Source: Paraspadella gotoi
Taxonomy: Eukaryota; Animalia; Chaetognatha
Length of the DNA: 64,000 nt
Reading direction: 5' to 3'
Assembly: GCA_051294375.1 (NCBI GenBank)
Contig: CM119264.1
Span: 4,859,070-4,923,069, forward strand
The translations under genes and the position numbers were made by a program. Below are positions 1 through 24,038 of this stretch, one piece after another (the first letter of the stretch is position 1; every line of letters begins with the position of its first letter). Under the pieces are notes generated by a model that was not told the origin of the DNA, searched no databases, and saw nothing but the letters and a program-made list of their open reading frames with translations.

Positions 1-560
1 AAAGAGAAAGAAAAGAAAGAAAGATCGTTTAAGGATGAAAAATGACCTTTGCACAGCGGTCAGTTTCATTGGCGCGCTTCGGTCATTTACGGTTTTTATC
101 GTTTATATAAAGAAAAGGGAAATGGGGCAAGCGAGTTAAAGAGAGTCTTGGAGACTCGTACAATGCAAATGGAAATTAACCGAGATATTGTAAAATGTAA
201 AAGCGAAAACCAAAATGGCAAGATTTATCTAGAGAGAGAGAGAGANNNNNNNNNNNNNNNNNNNNNNNNNTAGATGAAGCGAATTCTTTTGCGGCAATTT
301 TATCGCTCTCGTCTCTCTCTCCTTCTCTCTAGATAAAATGGCTTTGCATTTTTGGTTTTCCGCTTTTACATTTTACAATATCTCGGTTTAATTTCCAATT
401 TGCATTGTACGAGTCTCCAAGACTCTCTTTAAACTGCGCTTGCCCCATTTCCTTTTCTTTATATAAACGATAAAAACCGTAAAATGAACCGAAGCGCGCC
501 AATGAACTTGACCGCTGTGCAAAGGTCATTTTTCATCCTTAAACGATCTTTCTTTCTTTT
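1..560. repeat. Inverted duplication flanking a 25-N gap (probable assembly artefact)
   Basis: 1-245 is the near-exact reverse complement of ~310-570 and the copies differ mainly by indels. ORFs 49..273(+) and 329..529(-) share the peptide FYGFYRLYKEK. Confidence 0.8.
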
Positions 561-1009
561 CTTTCTCTTTCCCCCTTCTCTTTCTTTCCTTTTTTCTCTC
601 TTCTTATTTTTCTCCTCTTTCTCTTTAATTTCCTTTTTCCTTCTCTTTATTTCTTTTCTTTCTCTTTATTTCGCTTTCTTTCTCTTTAGTTTTCTCTCTT
701 TCTCTTTATTTCTTTTCCTTCCTCTTTATTTTGTTCTTTGCGCGCTCTTTCATTTCCGTCTTTCTCTTTTATTTTCTTTCTTTCTTCTTATTTCCTTTCG
801 CTTCTCTTTATTTCCTTTCTTGCTCTTTTTTTTTACTTCCTTAATTGTCTTCATTTTCTTTTCTCCTCTTTAAGTTCTAATCGTTTGCTCGCTTGCAAAA
901 TCCATTTATAACGCAGATAACCCTGAATTGATCTTATTACGCCTTTATTATTTTTGGAGGATTGTGATTTGGAACTCTCAGGCAAAGAATGAAAGCCTTG
1001 AGGCTTCCG

Positions 1010-2140
1010 TCCCCATGCCCGTTTCCTCATCATTTCTCTCTTCATCGCTCTTTCCCGCCTCCTCTCGCGGAGATCCCCCATGCACCCGTTTTCCTCATCA
1101 TTTCTCTTCAATCCTCTTCCCTCCTCCCGGAGATCCCCATGGCTACCGTTTTCCTCATCATTTCTCTTCAAAATCCTCTTCCCCCTCCTCCCGGAGATCC
1201 CATGCACCGTTTCCCTCATCATTTTCTCCTTCATCCGTCTTCCGCCCTCCTCACGGAGATCCCATGCACCGTTTCCTCATCATCTCTCTCATCCATCTTC
1301 CCCCTCTCCGGAGATTCCCGCATGCAACCGTTTCCTCATCATTTCTCTTCATCCTCTTCGCCTCTCCTCGGAGATCCCATGCACCGTTTCCTCATCATTT
1401 CTCCCTCATCCTCTTCCCTCCGTCCTCGGAGAATCCCCATGCACCGTTTCCTGCATGTCAATTTGCTCCTCTCCTCTTCCCTCCTCCTCCCGGAGATCCC
1501 ATGCAGCCGTTTCCTCATCATTTCTCTCATCCCTCTCCCCCCTCCTCACGGAGATCCCGCCATGCACCGTTTCCCCTCATCATTTCTTCCATCCTCTTCC
1601 CCTCCTCCCGAGATCCCCATGGCAAACCGTTCCTCTCATTTCTCATTCCAATCTTTCCTCCTCCCAGGAAGATTCCCATGCAACGTTTCTCATCATTTCT
1701 CTTCATCCTCTTCCCCTTCCCGGAGATCCCCATGCGTACGCGTTTCCTCATCATTTCTCCCTCATGCCTCTCCCACCTCCTCACCGGAGATCCCATGCAC
1801 CGTTTCCTCATCATTTCTCTTCATCCTTTCCTCCTCTCCGGATGATTCCCCATGCACGTTTCCTCATCATTCTCCTCATCCTCCTCCGCCCCTTCTCCGG
1901 AGATCCCCATGCAACGTTTCTCATCATTTCTCTTCAATCCTCTTCCCCCTCCTCCCCCCGGAGATCCCTGCGATAGCAACCGTTCCCTCATCAATTTCTT
2001 CTCTCTCGCTTTCCCCTCCTCCCCGGAGATCGCCATGCACCGTTTCCTCATCATTTCTGCCTCATCAGCTCTTCCCCTCTTCCTCCCGGAGTCCCCCTGC
2101 ACGCGTTTCCTCATCATTCTTTCATCCCTCTCCCGGAGAT
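1010..2140. repeat. ~58-bp minisatellite, about 19-20 copies
   Basis: Recurring unit GGAGATCCCATGCACCGTTTCCTCATCATTTCTCTTCATCCTCTTCCCTCCTCC. It explains the overlapping stop-free ORFs in all three + frames. Confidence 0.95.
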
Positions 2141-2877
2141 CCAGGGTCGAGTCCAGAGTTTAGGTTTTTTCCATTCACGGGCTCTTTTCTGTCTCCCTCT
2201 CACCAGGTCCTCAAACCGTTCAGCCGTATTTTACTCCTTCTTTGCCGGTTTTTCTAGTCGCTTACGATATTATTACCCTTTAATTGAGTAATTATTTTAA
2301 TTACTTTTTTACTTAGCCGTCGACCGAGTCAGCCTTAACCCGACTAGGAGGAAATTCCACGGATTGACTAATACGCTCTTGATTATTTATACATTTATTT
2401 CACGTTGAACTAAATGTTTGTCCATTGTGTATCGCGCACTTTTTACTGTTTCTCCCTCCCCTCGTCAACCGCCTAATCACATTTCCCGCGAGCCAAGCAC
2501 CACAATTCTTCGTCCACGCAACCGCACCCTTCCCCCAGACGCCAATCTCCTCGTCCACTACCAAACCTTTGGACGAGGGGCGAGATCCCGGAAATTCGTC
2601 CCATACGAGCGACTCTTCCGGTCCAGAGTTTTCCGTTTTTGCGCTGCCCCTTGAGGAGGCGCAGCGTCAGCGTCGTACACGCACCAAATTCCGTCGCCGA
2701 GGAACATGATGGTGTTGCGGGGCGTGACTAGGTTGGGGGCAGCGTGCCTGGTTGGGGGGCGCGCCGGGGGGCGGTTGAATTTTGGAGGTGGAAAGGATGG
2801 GGACGGGCGAGTGAAGAATAGGAATGAGAAATGAAGTCGACTTCCGAAACTTTAAATCCAGAGAGAGAGAGAGAAAG

Positions 2878-2915
<38 letters not shown>

Positions 2916-2916
2916 A

Positions 2917-2948
<32 letters not shown>

Positions 2949-3314
2949 AGAAATAGAGAGTGAGAAAGAGAGAGAGAAGAAGAAGAGAGAGAGAGGAGAG
3001 GCAACCAATATGAATTTTTCGGTGATCAAAAAAAAGTCGTTAAACTGTCGGCGAATTATCGGCGATTAACTTCCTGTCGGTTAATCTCGACGAATACTCC
3101 TTTTTCCGTAAGCGATCGAGGAGGAACCTGGGTGTTCCGTTTCGTCGGTCGTCGTCGTCGGTCGTGTGTTGTTGTTGTTCTTACTATCGTTGTTGACAAT
3201 AATGATCATGAAAGATGATGGAATGATGATGATTATGACGATGAATTAGAATTAGTTATTATGATTAAAGTGGACAAAGGGCATAAGACGAAAATTATTT
3301 TTTTAACTCCATAT

Positions 3315-3470
3315 TTTTCCAGAAGGCGCTGCCATTTCAGTTTGAATTTAGATTTAGGTTAATATTAAGGTTAGGGTTTGTTTAAGGATATGTTTATTGG
3401 TGAAGGTTACGGTTTGGGGACTAGTGTAGGGATATGTAGGATTCATTAAGTTATATTAAGGAATTAAGAT
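3315..3470. repeat. Dispersed repeat with degenerate TTAGG/TTAGGG-like run; related inverted copy at ~21340-21495
   Basis: TTTTCCAGAAGGCGCTGCCATTTCA..TTAGGTTAA..GGTTAGGG resembles the reverse complement of 21400-21495 (TTTTCCAAAGCGCCCCATTTCA..TTAGGGTTAGG). AAGGCGCTGCCATTTC recurs at ~3862. Confidence 0.5.
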
Positions 3471-5218
3471 TATTGAGCTTGTATAAAAGTTGGTTTAAAC
3501 TGTTAGAAACAGAATTGGGACGTTTCAGAGAGAGTGCCAAAGACTGAAGTGGACTTTGTGCGAGCTGACGATCTTTGTTTGAGGCCATTTAATCTCTTCG
3601 TTCCTCCCGTTGGGTCAAGTTTAAAATCGAATCACAGTCGAGTTTAAAAAAAAAGATTTTTAGATGAGAAGTTCAGGGCTGAGGGCTTAGAACAATTTAA
3701 CAGATTATTTTTTTACTTTTCTTTAATTTTATTTTTTTTTTTATTTTCTTCTTCTTTCTTTATTTTCTTCTTTTTTTTCCAATTTTTTCCTTATTTCGTC
3801 GCAGGTTTGTTCTCATCGTCACTAACAACGTCGCAGGAATAATCCATAAACTGACCCTAGAAAGGCGCTGCCATTTCTCAAGGGTGCCAGCCATTAGAGG
3901 TTAACGCTTAAAGCTTCAATCAAGCCAAGCCTAAAGTTAGGAATTAAAAAATTCGACCCTTCCTTTGCCTATTCTTAGGCTAATCTTCAATCTCAAACAT
4001 TTTGCCTAAAAGAAAAACTTTCTTTTTAAAAAAACGCGAAATCATTAGCATTTTGTTTTTTCCAACCTTTAATTCGTTCGAATGGGTTTTCCGCGCGCGT
4101 CGCTCCCAAGCCTGATTTCCGTTTCCGGTTCATTCGGTCGAACGGGAACTTGACGGCCGACGAGCCGCCGACGACGACGCGACGACGATCGATCGACGGC
4201 GACAGTGAACGACGGAAAAGTCGTTTTCGGCCCTCATCATCAAATTGATCGCGAGACGCTAAAGACGAGATTGAATTCGAGAATATTTTAAAGAGAAAAT
4301 ATCACCTTAAATTCCTTAAATGATGTATATATAAAATTAATTGTAAATATCGGTCCCGTGCTATGACGAATACTTTCGGAGCACTCTATAAGTCACTTTT
4401 CGGTTTTTTAAAAAATTGTGTTTGAAACAGGTTCTGTTTTTTTTTATACGCATTCAGTAAAAACTGGAATATAACCTAAATATTTAACAGTTATAATATT
4501 TGATAATAATATTTAATATCAGTACGTTGAAAACCGTTGATTAATGGGTCCCTCTCCTTAATCTCCACGATAAATCTTGGGCCACGTAATTATTCGTTAA
4601 CGGTTTTTAGTAAACATGTACTATAGCATGCAGTTTTTTTGCGACTGTACTGTCAGAAAATGAGGGCTTTTTCGGCGTAAGTCAAATGCAAATTATGCGA
4701 TACTTAAAAAAAACTTAGCTAGAGGGAGAGCACCGACGCATCTCTCAAAATGATTTTTCAAGAGAAATCAATCGCGACGATTTGACAAAACTAAAAAAAA
4801 TGTTGCCACACACGAAATATTTGTGTTTCATAAATAGTGAAAAATTGGGCAACTTTAAGAATAATAACGACACGAAACGACACCGATTTTGATGATTAAC
4901 GGCCAAACGCTGAGCCAAGTTCCAGACGTAAATATTTACCATTTATTAACAGGATAATAAATTTATAAAAATATTCAAAAAGACCTTTTTTTTTTGCCTC
5001 TTTCGAAGGCGACGTGAATTTTCGGTGAAACAATAAGAAAAGAAGAGAGAAAGATAAAGAAGGAGGGCCGCTCTCCGTCCCACCCCTCGTTAATCCTAAA
5101 TCTCTCGAGTCGAAGAGAATCAATTAGTATTTGACTTCTTAGTTGAAGTGCTTCGAAGGAATAGAATTTTAAAATACGAATCATTTCCTCTCTCATTCAA
5201 AGTTCCGGGGTTTCAGAC

Positions 5219-5259
<41 letters not shown>

Positions 5260-6379
5260 ATGAGAGAGAGAGCGAGAGAGAGAGAAGAGAGAGAGAGAGT
5301 GAGAGGAGGGGAAAATGTCATCAGAAGACAAGAGGTGTCATCGATTCTTTTATTGAGACATGAGATGGCAAGAAAATTCAGCATAATTGGCAAGGGTTTA
5401 GACTTTCGCAGTCATTAGGTACAAAAAGGCTGGCATTCGGCATAATATTCCATGTGACTAACATTGCTTCAAATTTCTAACGACTTGCCTTTCGAATTGA
5501 GAATTTATCAGAGGAACGGGGCTTTGGATTTTCTCATATTTACGGGATTTGAAAAAAAAAAGAAGAATAATTGGGCGCGGAAAACCAAAATATGAGGCGA
5601 AGAGCGATTCATCATAGAGAAAAAAAAGTCTTCTTCTTCGAGATAAAATATACAAGCACCACTAGAAAAAAGCAATTGTGGCGGGAATATCCACACCGGG
5701 CCCTCACATATCTCACTCATCGTACAATCGAGATATTTCAGTCGATTTCCTTAGAACAAGATCTAAAAGCGTTATGGGAATATGTCTTTGTTTTTATTAA
5801 ATGGCATGATATATTCTAAAACTGTATTTTTGGTTTTTAGATAACGTTTTCACGAATTACTTTACTTCTTGCTCACTCTATCCTCGCTCCGTCATCTACT
5901 ATTCTTTGTCTCGACGCGCGCACATTTGTCATTGGTATTTTCTCCTAGCTGCAATCGACAAAACTGTTTTCTCCCTTTTCCCTTCTCAAGTTTTTTAAAA
6001 TAAAAAATATATAACTTTACTTCGTTCTCTCGCGATTCTATCACTGAACCTCGCGCGTTTTTTTACCCTATTATTTCGTCTCTTCCTCTTTTCCTCTTTT
6101 CTTCTTCTCCCTCTCCCTCGTCTCTTCATCCCGGCAAAGCCGCACGTTCCCTCGTGCGGCGGCGTCTCGACTTTCTCTCTTTTTCGCTGAATCTTCACGA
6201 ACCGCGAATTCTAAAAAAAAAAAGGTGAGAAGATATTTTTTTTCTAAAAGGTGAAGTTAGGATTGTTTTAAAATGTTTTTTTCTGTTTTTTTCGCGGTCC
6301 ACGACTCTTCAGCTAAGTGAAGTGTAGCGGCGTCATTTGAAATGGATCTTCACTAAGTAGCTGAATCAGTCGTGGCATA

Positions 6380-6595
6380 GAAAAAATAGGTTAAAAACCG
6401 ACTACATTTATAAAAAATAGGGTTAAAAACCCTACATTCTAAAAAAATAGGGTTAAAAAACCCTACATTCTAAAAAAAATAGGGGTTTAAAAACCCCTAA
6501 CAATTCTAAAAAAAAAAATAGGGGTTAAAACCTACATTCTAAATAGGTTTAAACCTACATTCTAAAAAAATAGGGTTTAAAAACCCTACATTCTA
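6380..6595. repeat. ~28-bp tandem repeat, about 7 copies
   Basis: Unit CTACATTCTAAAAAAATAGGGTTAAAAACC with homopolymer length variation. Confidence 0.9.
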
Positions 6596-7853
6596 ATCAT
6601 TTCTAATTTTGTTTTAACTCCAACTTTTCATGATCTAATTTATTAAGTATAAGTTTCGACAATGTCTCTTTTATATAGTAATTTAAATTATGACGGTTAG
6701 TTCTGTTAGTCACTCCTGAAATTCATCTATGTAAGTATAACGATTTGCATTAGACATATACAATTATACATGGTGTGATAATTCATTATTCAACAAGGTC
6801 GAACGAGTCAACACATTTGTTATTTATCGAAAAAAAAGGAGAGCCAATTTCGGGTTAAATGGTTTTTTTGCTAATTAAATCCGCATAGTGTCGCTCTCTG
6901 CTCTCTCTCATCTTCTGGCTCTCTCTCTCTGCTCTCGTCTCTCCCGTCATCTCTCTTCTCCTCTCTCTTCGTCCTTCTTCTCTCTCTCTCCCTTCTGCTG
7001 CTTTTAACAGGCTTATATTTGTTCTTGCATAACTTCTGCTCCCTAAGAAGAGAATATTGTACATTTGAGATTGCAAAAAAGAATATTTTCCATCACAAAT
7101 AATTGTTATCGTTCTTTAAAAAAAAAAAAGCAAAAAGAAAGGTTTAATAATCAGAATTTTAATTAAAGAACAGTTTAGTTTACGTGAATAAAATGTCGTC
7201 TTTGAGAAGGTGAAGTTTTTACTTTTTCGTCTTTAGTCTCAATAGTTGTTTTATATACAAGTCACTTCATTACAAAACCTATTCATTCATGTCATTTTCA
7301 GTTTACAGAATATATATAATTGGGAAGCTCCGTCTCTTCCGCATATGAACTACTTTTTTTTTTGAGTTTTCCTTTCTCCAGCTACCTTTAATTTTTAAAG
7401 TGCGAATCTCCATTCATGTATCGGTTTTTAATCAAAACCAAAGCTAAGTGGACAACCTCGTCTGTCAAACACGAGCAATTAATATTAAATGGACATAAAT
7501 TGGGACACGCGACGCTAAATCAAAAATCCCATTTAACCAATCGAATTCAATTTTGTATTTGCTCCGTCCAAGAAAAAAAAATAATTTTTCTTGACTTTGA
7601 TGAGAAAAATGATTATGACCCGAGAGAAATTAACCTTTTTTTTTTTTTTTTTTCCGGCGCGAAAGAAAGAAAATAAAATGGGCAACGAAACAGAGAAAAA
7701 AAAAAAAGGATAAACAAACGGAATGCGACCATCGAAGCCGTTAATGGGGAAACAAATAAGAAAACAAAAAGAGAACGAAAAAGAAAAACAGAGAGAGAGA
7801 GAGGAGAGGGAGAGAGAGAGAGGAGAGAGAAGAGAGAGGAGAGGAGAGAGAAG

Positions 7854-7892
<39 letters not shown>

Positions 7893-9224
7893 TGTGTGAC
7901 TGTGTGTGTGAGAGTGGTGTTCGGTCGAAAAGAAGGGTTGACAGAGTCGATTATTATTCGGTGATAATTCAGTTCTAAGTTTCTTCTTTCGCTCCCCAGT
8001 CACGATCGCGGGTCACAACCCGGGTCGTGAAGCCGGTGGAAAGCGTGAGGAAAGCGCGTAATTGAGATTGGCGCCATGGAAATGACGCGAAAATATTGCG
8101 TTGACGGTGCGTCGTCGTCTTCACGCGTCGCGTTTCTCGTCGTCAATATCGTCGTCGTCGTTCCAAACTGATTATGAGAGTTTGGTGAATCCAGATTCAG
8201 TTCTTGGGGCTGTGAAAGACCATAATCGTGGGCACAGACTCTCCACGTATTTCTGCAGGATTCCAAACTGTTTCTTTTATGTATTAACGTAATACAATAA
8301 GATTATTGTAATTACAATATCATTAACTTTCAAATTAATTTCCATTCTAAATCTGTTTTTTTTTAATCCGAATTTTACTTCCAATAAAATTGCCGTCTTC
8401 AAAAATTACGTCTTCTCTACTTATTTTTTATTTTTCATAAATCTCACTTTTTTTCTTTTTTCTCGGAGAAGAACTTCTCGTTTCAATTTATCGACAAGTC
8501 CTGCTGAATGTCTTTTCCATATTTTACGTCTTCACTCCTCAGATTTCACTTTTTCTAGATTCATTTGTCATAGTATCTTTTTTTTCTAACCCGTTCCTTA
8601 AAATCCACTTAATTCATATTCTCGCCTACTCTGATTCACTCCTTCGTTTTCCACACCTCCTCTACGGATTCTTACTCTCATTCCTCTTCCTCGTATTCTT
8701 CCTTCTTCCGCAGATTCCACTACTCAAATTCCGCTTTCTCATTTCCAGCGTTTTAATTTTCGCCTTCGAGATTTGAGACTAGAATAAAATTCTCAGCCAG
8801 AGAATTTGACGACAAAGTTTTTTCAATTTTGTCAAACTCGAAGAATTTAATCACGCGACGAGAGGGCGTTGTCGAAGGCTTTGAGTTTCGAGTTTCCTCT
8901 ATCAATCACAATTTCCTTATTCCATTCTCGGGATTTTCCTTTCTCCAAACTGATATTTATCCTGTTTTTTTTTTTTTCAAATTCCATATGTTTTTGAATC
9001 TTTTAGCCGCCTACGTACCGTATGATTTTATTCGAAAGAATCTTTATCTTCTTTTTCTTAATATCGTTTTTTCCGATTTTACTCTTTCCTTTATAAAATC
9101 AATATTTAATTATACAATAAAATTAAATCTATTTTGTATCTTCTTCTTCTTTCTCTTTCACGAAGTCCGCAAACTGATTTCTTTTCTGATTTTTTTCTTT
9201 CTTTCTGTTTTTGTCGAAGCTGAC

Positions 9225-9430
9225 GGACGATGACGATAACGACACGATGAGATAACGACGACGGGAATGACGATCAACGACGACGATGCGATAACGACGA
9301 CGATGAACGATAACGACCGAAACGAATGCGATAACACGACGACGACGATAACGACGACAATGACGATATAACGACGACGTTTGAGATAAGGACATGACGC
9401 GATGACGACGATGATGACGATAACGACGGA
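9225..9430. repeat. Degenerate (GAC/GAT/AAC)n trinucleotide repeat
   Basis: Runs such as GACGATGACGATAACGAC are directly visible. Confidence 0.85.
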
Positions 9431-10697
9431 TTGGCGCGGGGTTGTCTAAAAGAAGCGACTTTTTTTTAATTGAAAGAATTTAGTTTCTTTCTTGCGTAAA
9501 TTTAAAAATAAGCTTCGGGTGAATTGGAGAAGAAAGTAAAAGTTGAGAAAAGGAAATCGTAAGTGAGAATAAGAAAGAAAGTGAGGAAAGGAAAGTAAAG
9601 AGAGGGAATAGGTGTGGAACGGAAGGAAAAAGGAAAAAAGTTTAGAAAGAAGAAAGGAAAGTGTAAGGGAGGAAAGGAAACTGAAGGGAGAAGGGAAATG
9701 GTAAAAGGAGGAAAGGAAATCCTGGGGTGAGTGAGTGAAAAAGAAGTAAAAGGAGGAAAGGAACTTGAAGAGAGGAAAGAAAGAGTCAAAGGATTGACGA
9801 AGGTGAGATAGGTTAAAAATAATAAAAATTAACCAATGCAATGAAAAGTAAAAAAATGCAGGAAATAAAAATACAAAGGAATAATCAGAACTAAGTATAA
9901 TAATTGTCAATAAGCACAAATTTCGGAAATTCATTCATTCTTTTTTCTTTTTTTTCTTCTTCATCTCAAATCGACGTTGAAAATCCTCGGTTGTCCATCG
10001 TGACCTCTGTTGTTGTCGATTGTCGTCGTTCGTTGTTGTCTCTTTTCGCTTTGTGCCTCTGGAAGATTCTTATCTTTTTCTTTCTTTCCCTTGTTGATAT
10101 TCTTTGTCAGTTTGTTTGTTTTAACGGGCCGCGGGGAAGAGGCAGGTTCTCCTCTCCTTCTTATTGAATTGAGGTTACGTGGAAAAGACGGTGTTGGTGA
10201 TATGTTCTTCAGTCTTTACGTCTCTCACTTATTTGTAAATATTTCTCCTCTATTCGCCATATTTGCTTTCCATTTTCTCAGAATGTATAATTCGGAGAGA
10301 TAATCTTCGAAATTACAGTTGCATCTCATTCCTGAGATTAGAACAAAAAGGAGAGAAATGAACCAAATGTTTTTTATCTCAGTGACCGATAGAAAGGTTC
10401 GCGTGAATTTTAGTTTTATTTCAAACGAAGACTGGAATGTTTTTATGGCATTATATAAATTTTTATAATGCCATAAAAAAATCGATACGAATTTATTTAG
10501 ACTCAGTTTCATTCTCTTCTTCAATTCATCTCCGTTCTCTGCCTCTCTCCTTCCCCTCATCTTATCTTTTTCCTCTCATCTTCACATCTCCATCTCTATC
10601 ATATCCATCTCTATCATATCTATAATCTCCATCTCTATCATCTCTATCCATCTCATCCCCATCTCATCCCCTACCTCTCTATCTCTTTCCCCTACAG

Positions 10698-20925
<10,228 letters not shown>

Positions 20926-21895
20926 TGTCAAATGACTGAAAACAAGCAAGTCCCTTTTATTTATCTGTGGCACTCTAGACTGGCTGGTCCAGACTTCCTT
21001 TTAATGGCATTGACTTTTTACATTTTAAATTTCAATAAAGCAATTTACGTATTAGTTCGCCTACGGTATATTCAATTCACAAAGAGACCATAGCTCGTCG
21101 TACCTTTTTGTTAACAAATTTCTCCATAAAATAAGTTGTGTGTAATAGGGTTATGTAACACTTATTTTAGTTATTAAAGCTCCTGTCCTAATTACTACTA
21201 ATATTCAAAATTGTGTTCTTCCGCGACGTTTTCTTTAACTTACTTTAAGTTTAATTATTATAATATTATAATAACTTTTTAAGTTAATTATTAGGTTTAA
21301 ATTTGCTAATCTCTTTCCAAAAGTTTAATCCAATCACCCACTCTAATACCTACTACCTCGCTTCAATTCCTCATCCCTAACCTTATTTTCTAACTTTAAA
21401 CCCTCGCATTTATCCCTAACCCAAATTTTAACCTAACCTAATTATTAAATTTAAAACTAAATTTTATTCTAAATATGAAATGGGGCGCTTTGGAAAAAAA
21501 GGGCCACAAATTGGTTTCGTGAAAAAAATTGATCCATTGACAAAAAAGGTCAAGTTTTTATAAATACGTTTGGTTTCATACCCAAATTTTACAACTCACT
21601 GACTTACCTGATAAATACACAAAAAAATTGGTATGATTTTATTTTCGTCTAAGTATAATTTATATATCAGCAACGAAAAAAAACATGAAAATCTATGATC
21701 ACATACAGGTAAGCAATAAAAAAAACTTCGTCAATCGACAATAAAAATATTCAATATTCAACGATTACCGTCAAACGACATTCGACCAACAAATCGCGAA
21801 TAAAAAATATATAAAATTTAAAAAATCGCATTTTCATAGTTTTTTTGGAATTGAAAACCAAAGTATTCTGGTTCAACAAAAAAATAAAAAAATGA

Positions 21896-23504
21896 TCAAA
21901 AACAAACGACTAGTCTTTGTAGACCACTCCGGTAAATATGGGAAGGGGGTAAGAGGTGGAAGAGGCCGAATAGCTTTCTATCCGTCATCGTCTCCTGGCC
22001 TGCCCGCTCGCTCGCGAATCCCACAACGCAGGAGCTGACCTCTCGCTCAACCTCCCTGGCGTCGGGCCGATGCTCATCAACACCCACTCGCTCGCTCTTG
22101 TCTGTCAGTCGACTACGACACATCGGGCACGACTGGCCTTCCCTTCGCAATTGAACCTGTGGCAGAGAAGGACGTTAAAGGAATTATGTAATGAATGTAA
22201 AGAGCAACAAAGCCAGCGATCCTCACCAATTGGTCGATGCATTCCTCGCAGTAGGTGGTGGGAACACGGAGTACGATGCTTGATTTCCTCTCCATGCAGA
22301 TGCAACATTCGGTTATGGGTTCGGAAATCTTAAGGGGAGGGGGGGGGTAAAATATGTCAGATTTGAAAAAAAACACAAAAATTTTTACACTTTACCTCCT
22401 TTTTGTTTCCTCAGAGGCTTCGGGCTTTTTCGAATCTTTTTCACTCGGTGAAACTCTAAAAGAGACAGCAAAAACCTGACAGGTTATTTTCCGCAACAAA
22501 AACCCCAAAGAAAAAAAAATAGACTTCCGGAAAAGAAAAATGATGAACTGTCACACCATCTTCACTTTATCCCTTACCCCATGGCGCCCGGACTTTCAAT
22601 TTCGTCTATTTTCGCCAACAACATTGAGGCGTCCATAGCCGTTCCATGTCGACTGCAAGAAAATAACAATGGTTATGAAAATAAGGAAATTTGGTTCATG
22701 AAGGACAAAAAAAATTCACCTTAAATCTTCGCTCAATCCATCGGGACACGAGGAAGAGTCTGTGAAAAGAAACCAAAGAAAACAAATATAATCTTTATTA
22801 TAAATCAATATTTTTTTTAAAAAAATGTATCTAACTTTTGCACCTTGGGAAGAGGCGCCGACCGACGCGCTTTCAATGTGGACGGTTATCTGATCGTAGA
22901 GAGTCACGAAATCGTTGAGCGTCAAAATTCGCGCCGACTCGATCTGCCCGTTGCTGCAGTTTACCTGCAGAGAAGTGGAACGATGTTTTAAAAGCAGTTT
23001 TATCATATTTATCATTCCAGATTTAAACACCTTAAAGCAGTCGATCCTGACTGTCGCTTTCCACAGAATCGAATCCGCAGTGTTGGAGCGAATCGCGAAG
23101 ACGAGACGCTTCCCTTGAGGATCTACGTGTTGCTCCGCGCTTAGAAAAAAAAATGTCGCAGGTAAGATTTTATAGTAAACAAATAAAATAATATCAATGA
23201 AAATTTTAAAAGACTTAAAAAAAATTTGATTTGCTAATTTAGCTTTATCCGCTTTAATTTTATCCAAAAATATTACATAGTACATAAACCTTTACTGAAA
23301 GTGCCAGAAATTTTAAAAAATCATTTGTTTTTCAAATCGTCTTTTCAAACATAAGCGAGGTCGTTTGAAATTATTAAACTTTCCGTACACGAGATTAAGG
23401 TGTTCCACTGTAGCCATGAAATCTGCGTACGATAGAGTAGCGACTTTGCGTAGCAGCTCAGCGTGGCGGAGGAAAGTCTCGTGGGATGAAGAGGAGGCGC
23501 CCAT
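21896..23504 (-). CDS. RNF141: RING finger protein RNF141-like, multi-exon; last exons contain apparent frameshift errors so the 3' end is uncertain
   Basis: Starts MGASSSS..LRKVATLSYADFMATVEHLN, then KRLVFAIRSNTADSILWKATVRIDCFK and GQIESARILTLNDFVTLYDQI, then ECCICME..YCEECID..SCPMCR (RING). Segment order matches vertebrate RNF141 as recalled. Confidence 0.8.
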
Positions 23505-23825
23505 GACGGGATGAGTAACGAAGTTCAAAAAATTATTACCGAAGGAAAAAGAAAAAACCAGAATGGGCAATTCTCCTCAGGATTGTTTGAAACATCGTTT
23601 TTCCCCTTTTTAAATAAATTTTGGTTTTTTAGATAAATAAGGCAGGTAGTTTTCGTGTCCTTTCGAAACATCAAGCTGAAACAAAAAAAAAAAAAAAAAT
23701 GCGCGAAAAAATACAAAGAAATCAAAGTGACTAAAGCGGAGGTCATAAACCGCAGTAGTAGATTCAAATATTTCGGAATGGACAAGAGCGACAAAATAAC
23801 AAGATTGTTTTTTTTTCCATTATCG

Positions 23826-24007
23826 CTAAAACTTGAACTCCTTGTATTTCTTGGCGGCGGGAGCGCCCTTCGAATCCCGAGACTTGAGATCCTCTTTCCC
23901 CTCCGCCGCTTTTCGCTTCTTCTTTTGCTTGGCAGCGTGCTCGGCCACCATGTCGGACAAATCCTGAAGGAAATAAGTAGACGTGACATGAAAAATGTTT
24001 CTTTCTT

Positions 24008-24038
<31 letters not shown>

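Noticed and set aside
1-560. Large hairpin or TIR element at the window start
   Set aside because: It is centred on a 25-N gap with indel-type differences, typical of a gap-filling artefact.
1010-2140. CRISPR-like appearance of the regular repeats (also 12740-13200)
   Set aside because: There are no unique spacers. The whole unit repeats head-to-tail, the context is eukaryotic and no cas genes are present.
928-2257. Long ORFs (298-422 aa) in three + frames
   Set aside because: They are products of a stop-free 58-bp minisatellite with frame-shifting unit lengths, not a protein.
21340-21495. Interstitial telomere
   Set aside because: Only scattered degenerate CCCTAA units are present; a dispersed repeat family explains them better.
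22100-22330. RNF141 pseudogenisation (RING histidine region and last exon out of frame)
   Set aside because: Single-base indels in an error-prone assembly are the more likely cause; the rest of the gene is intact.
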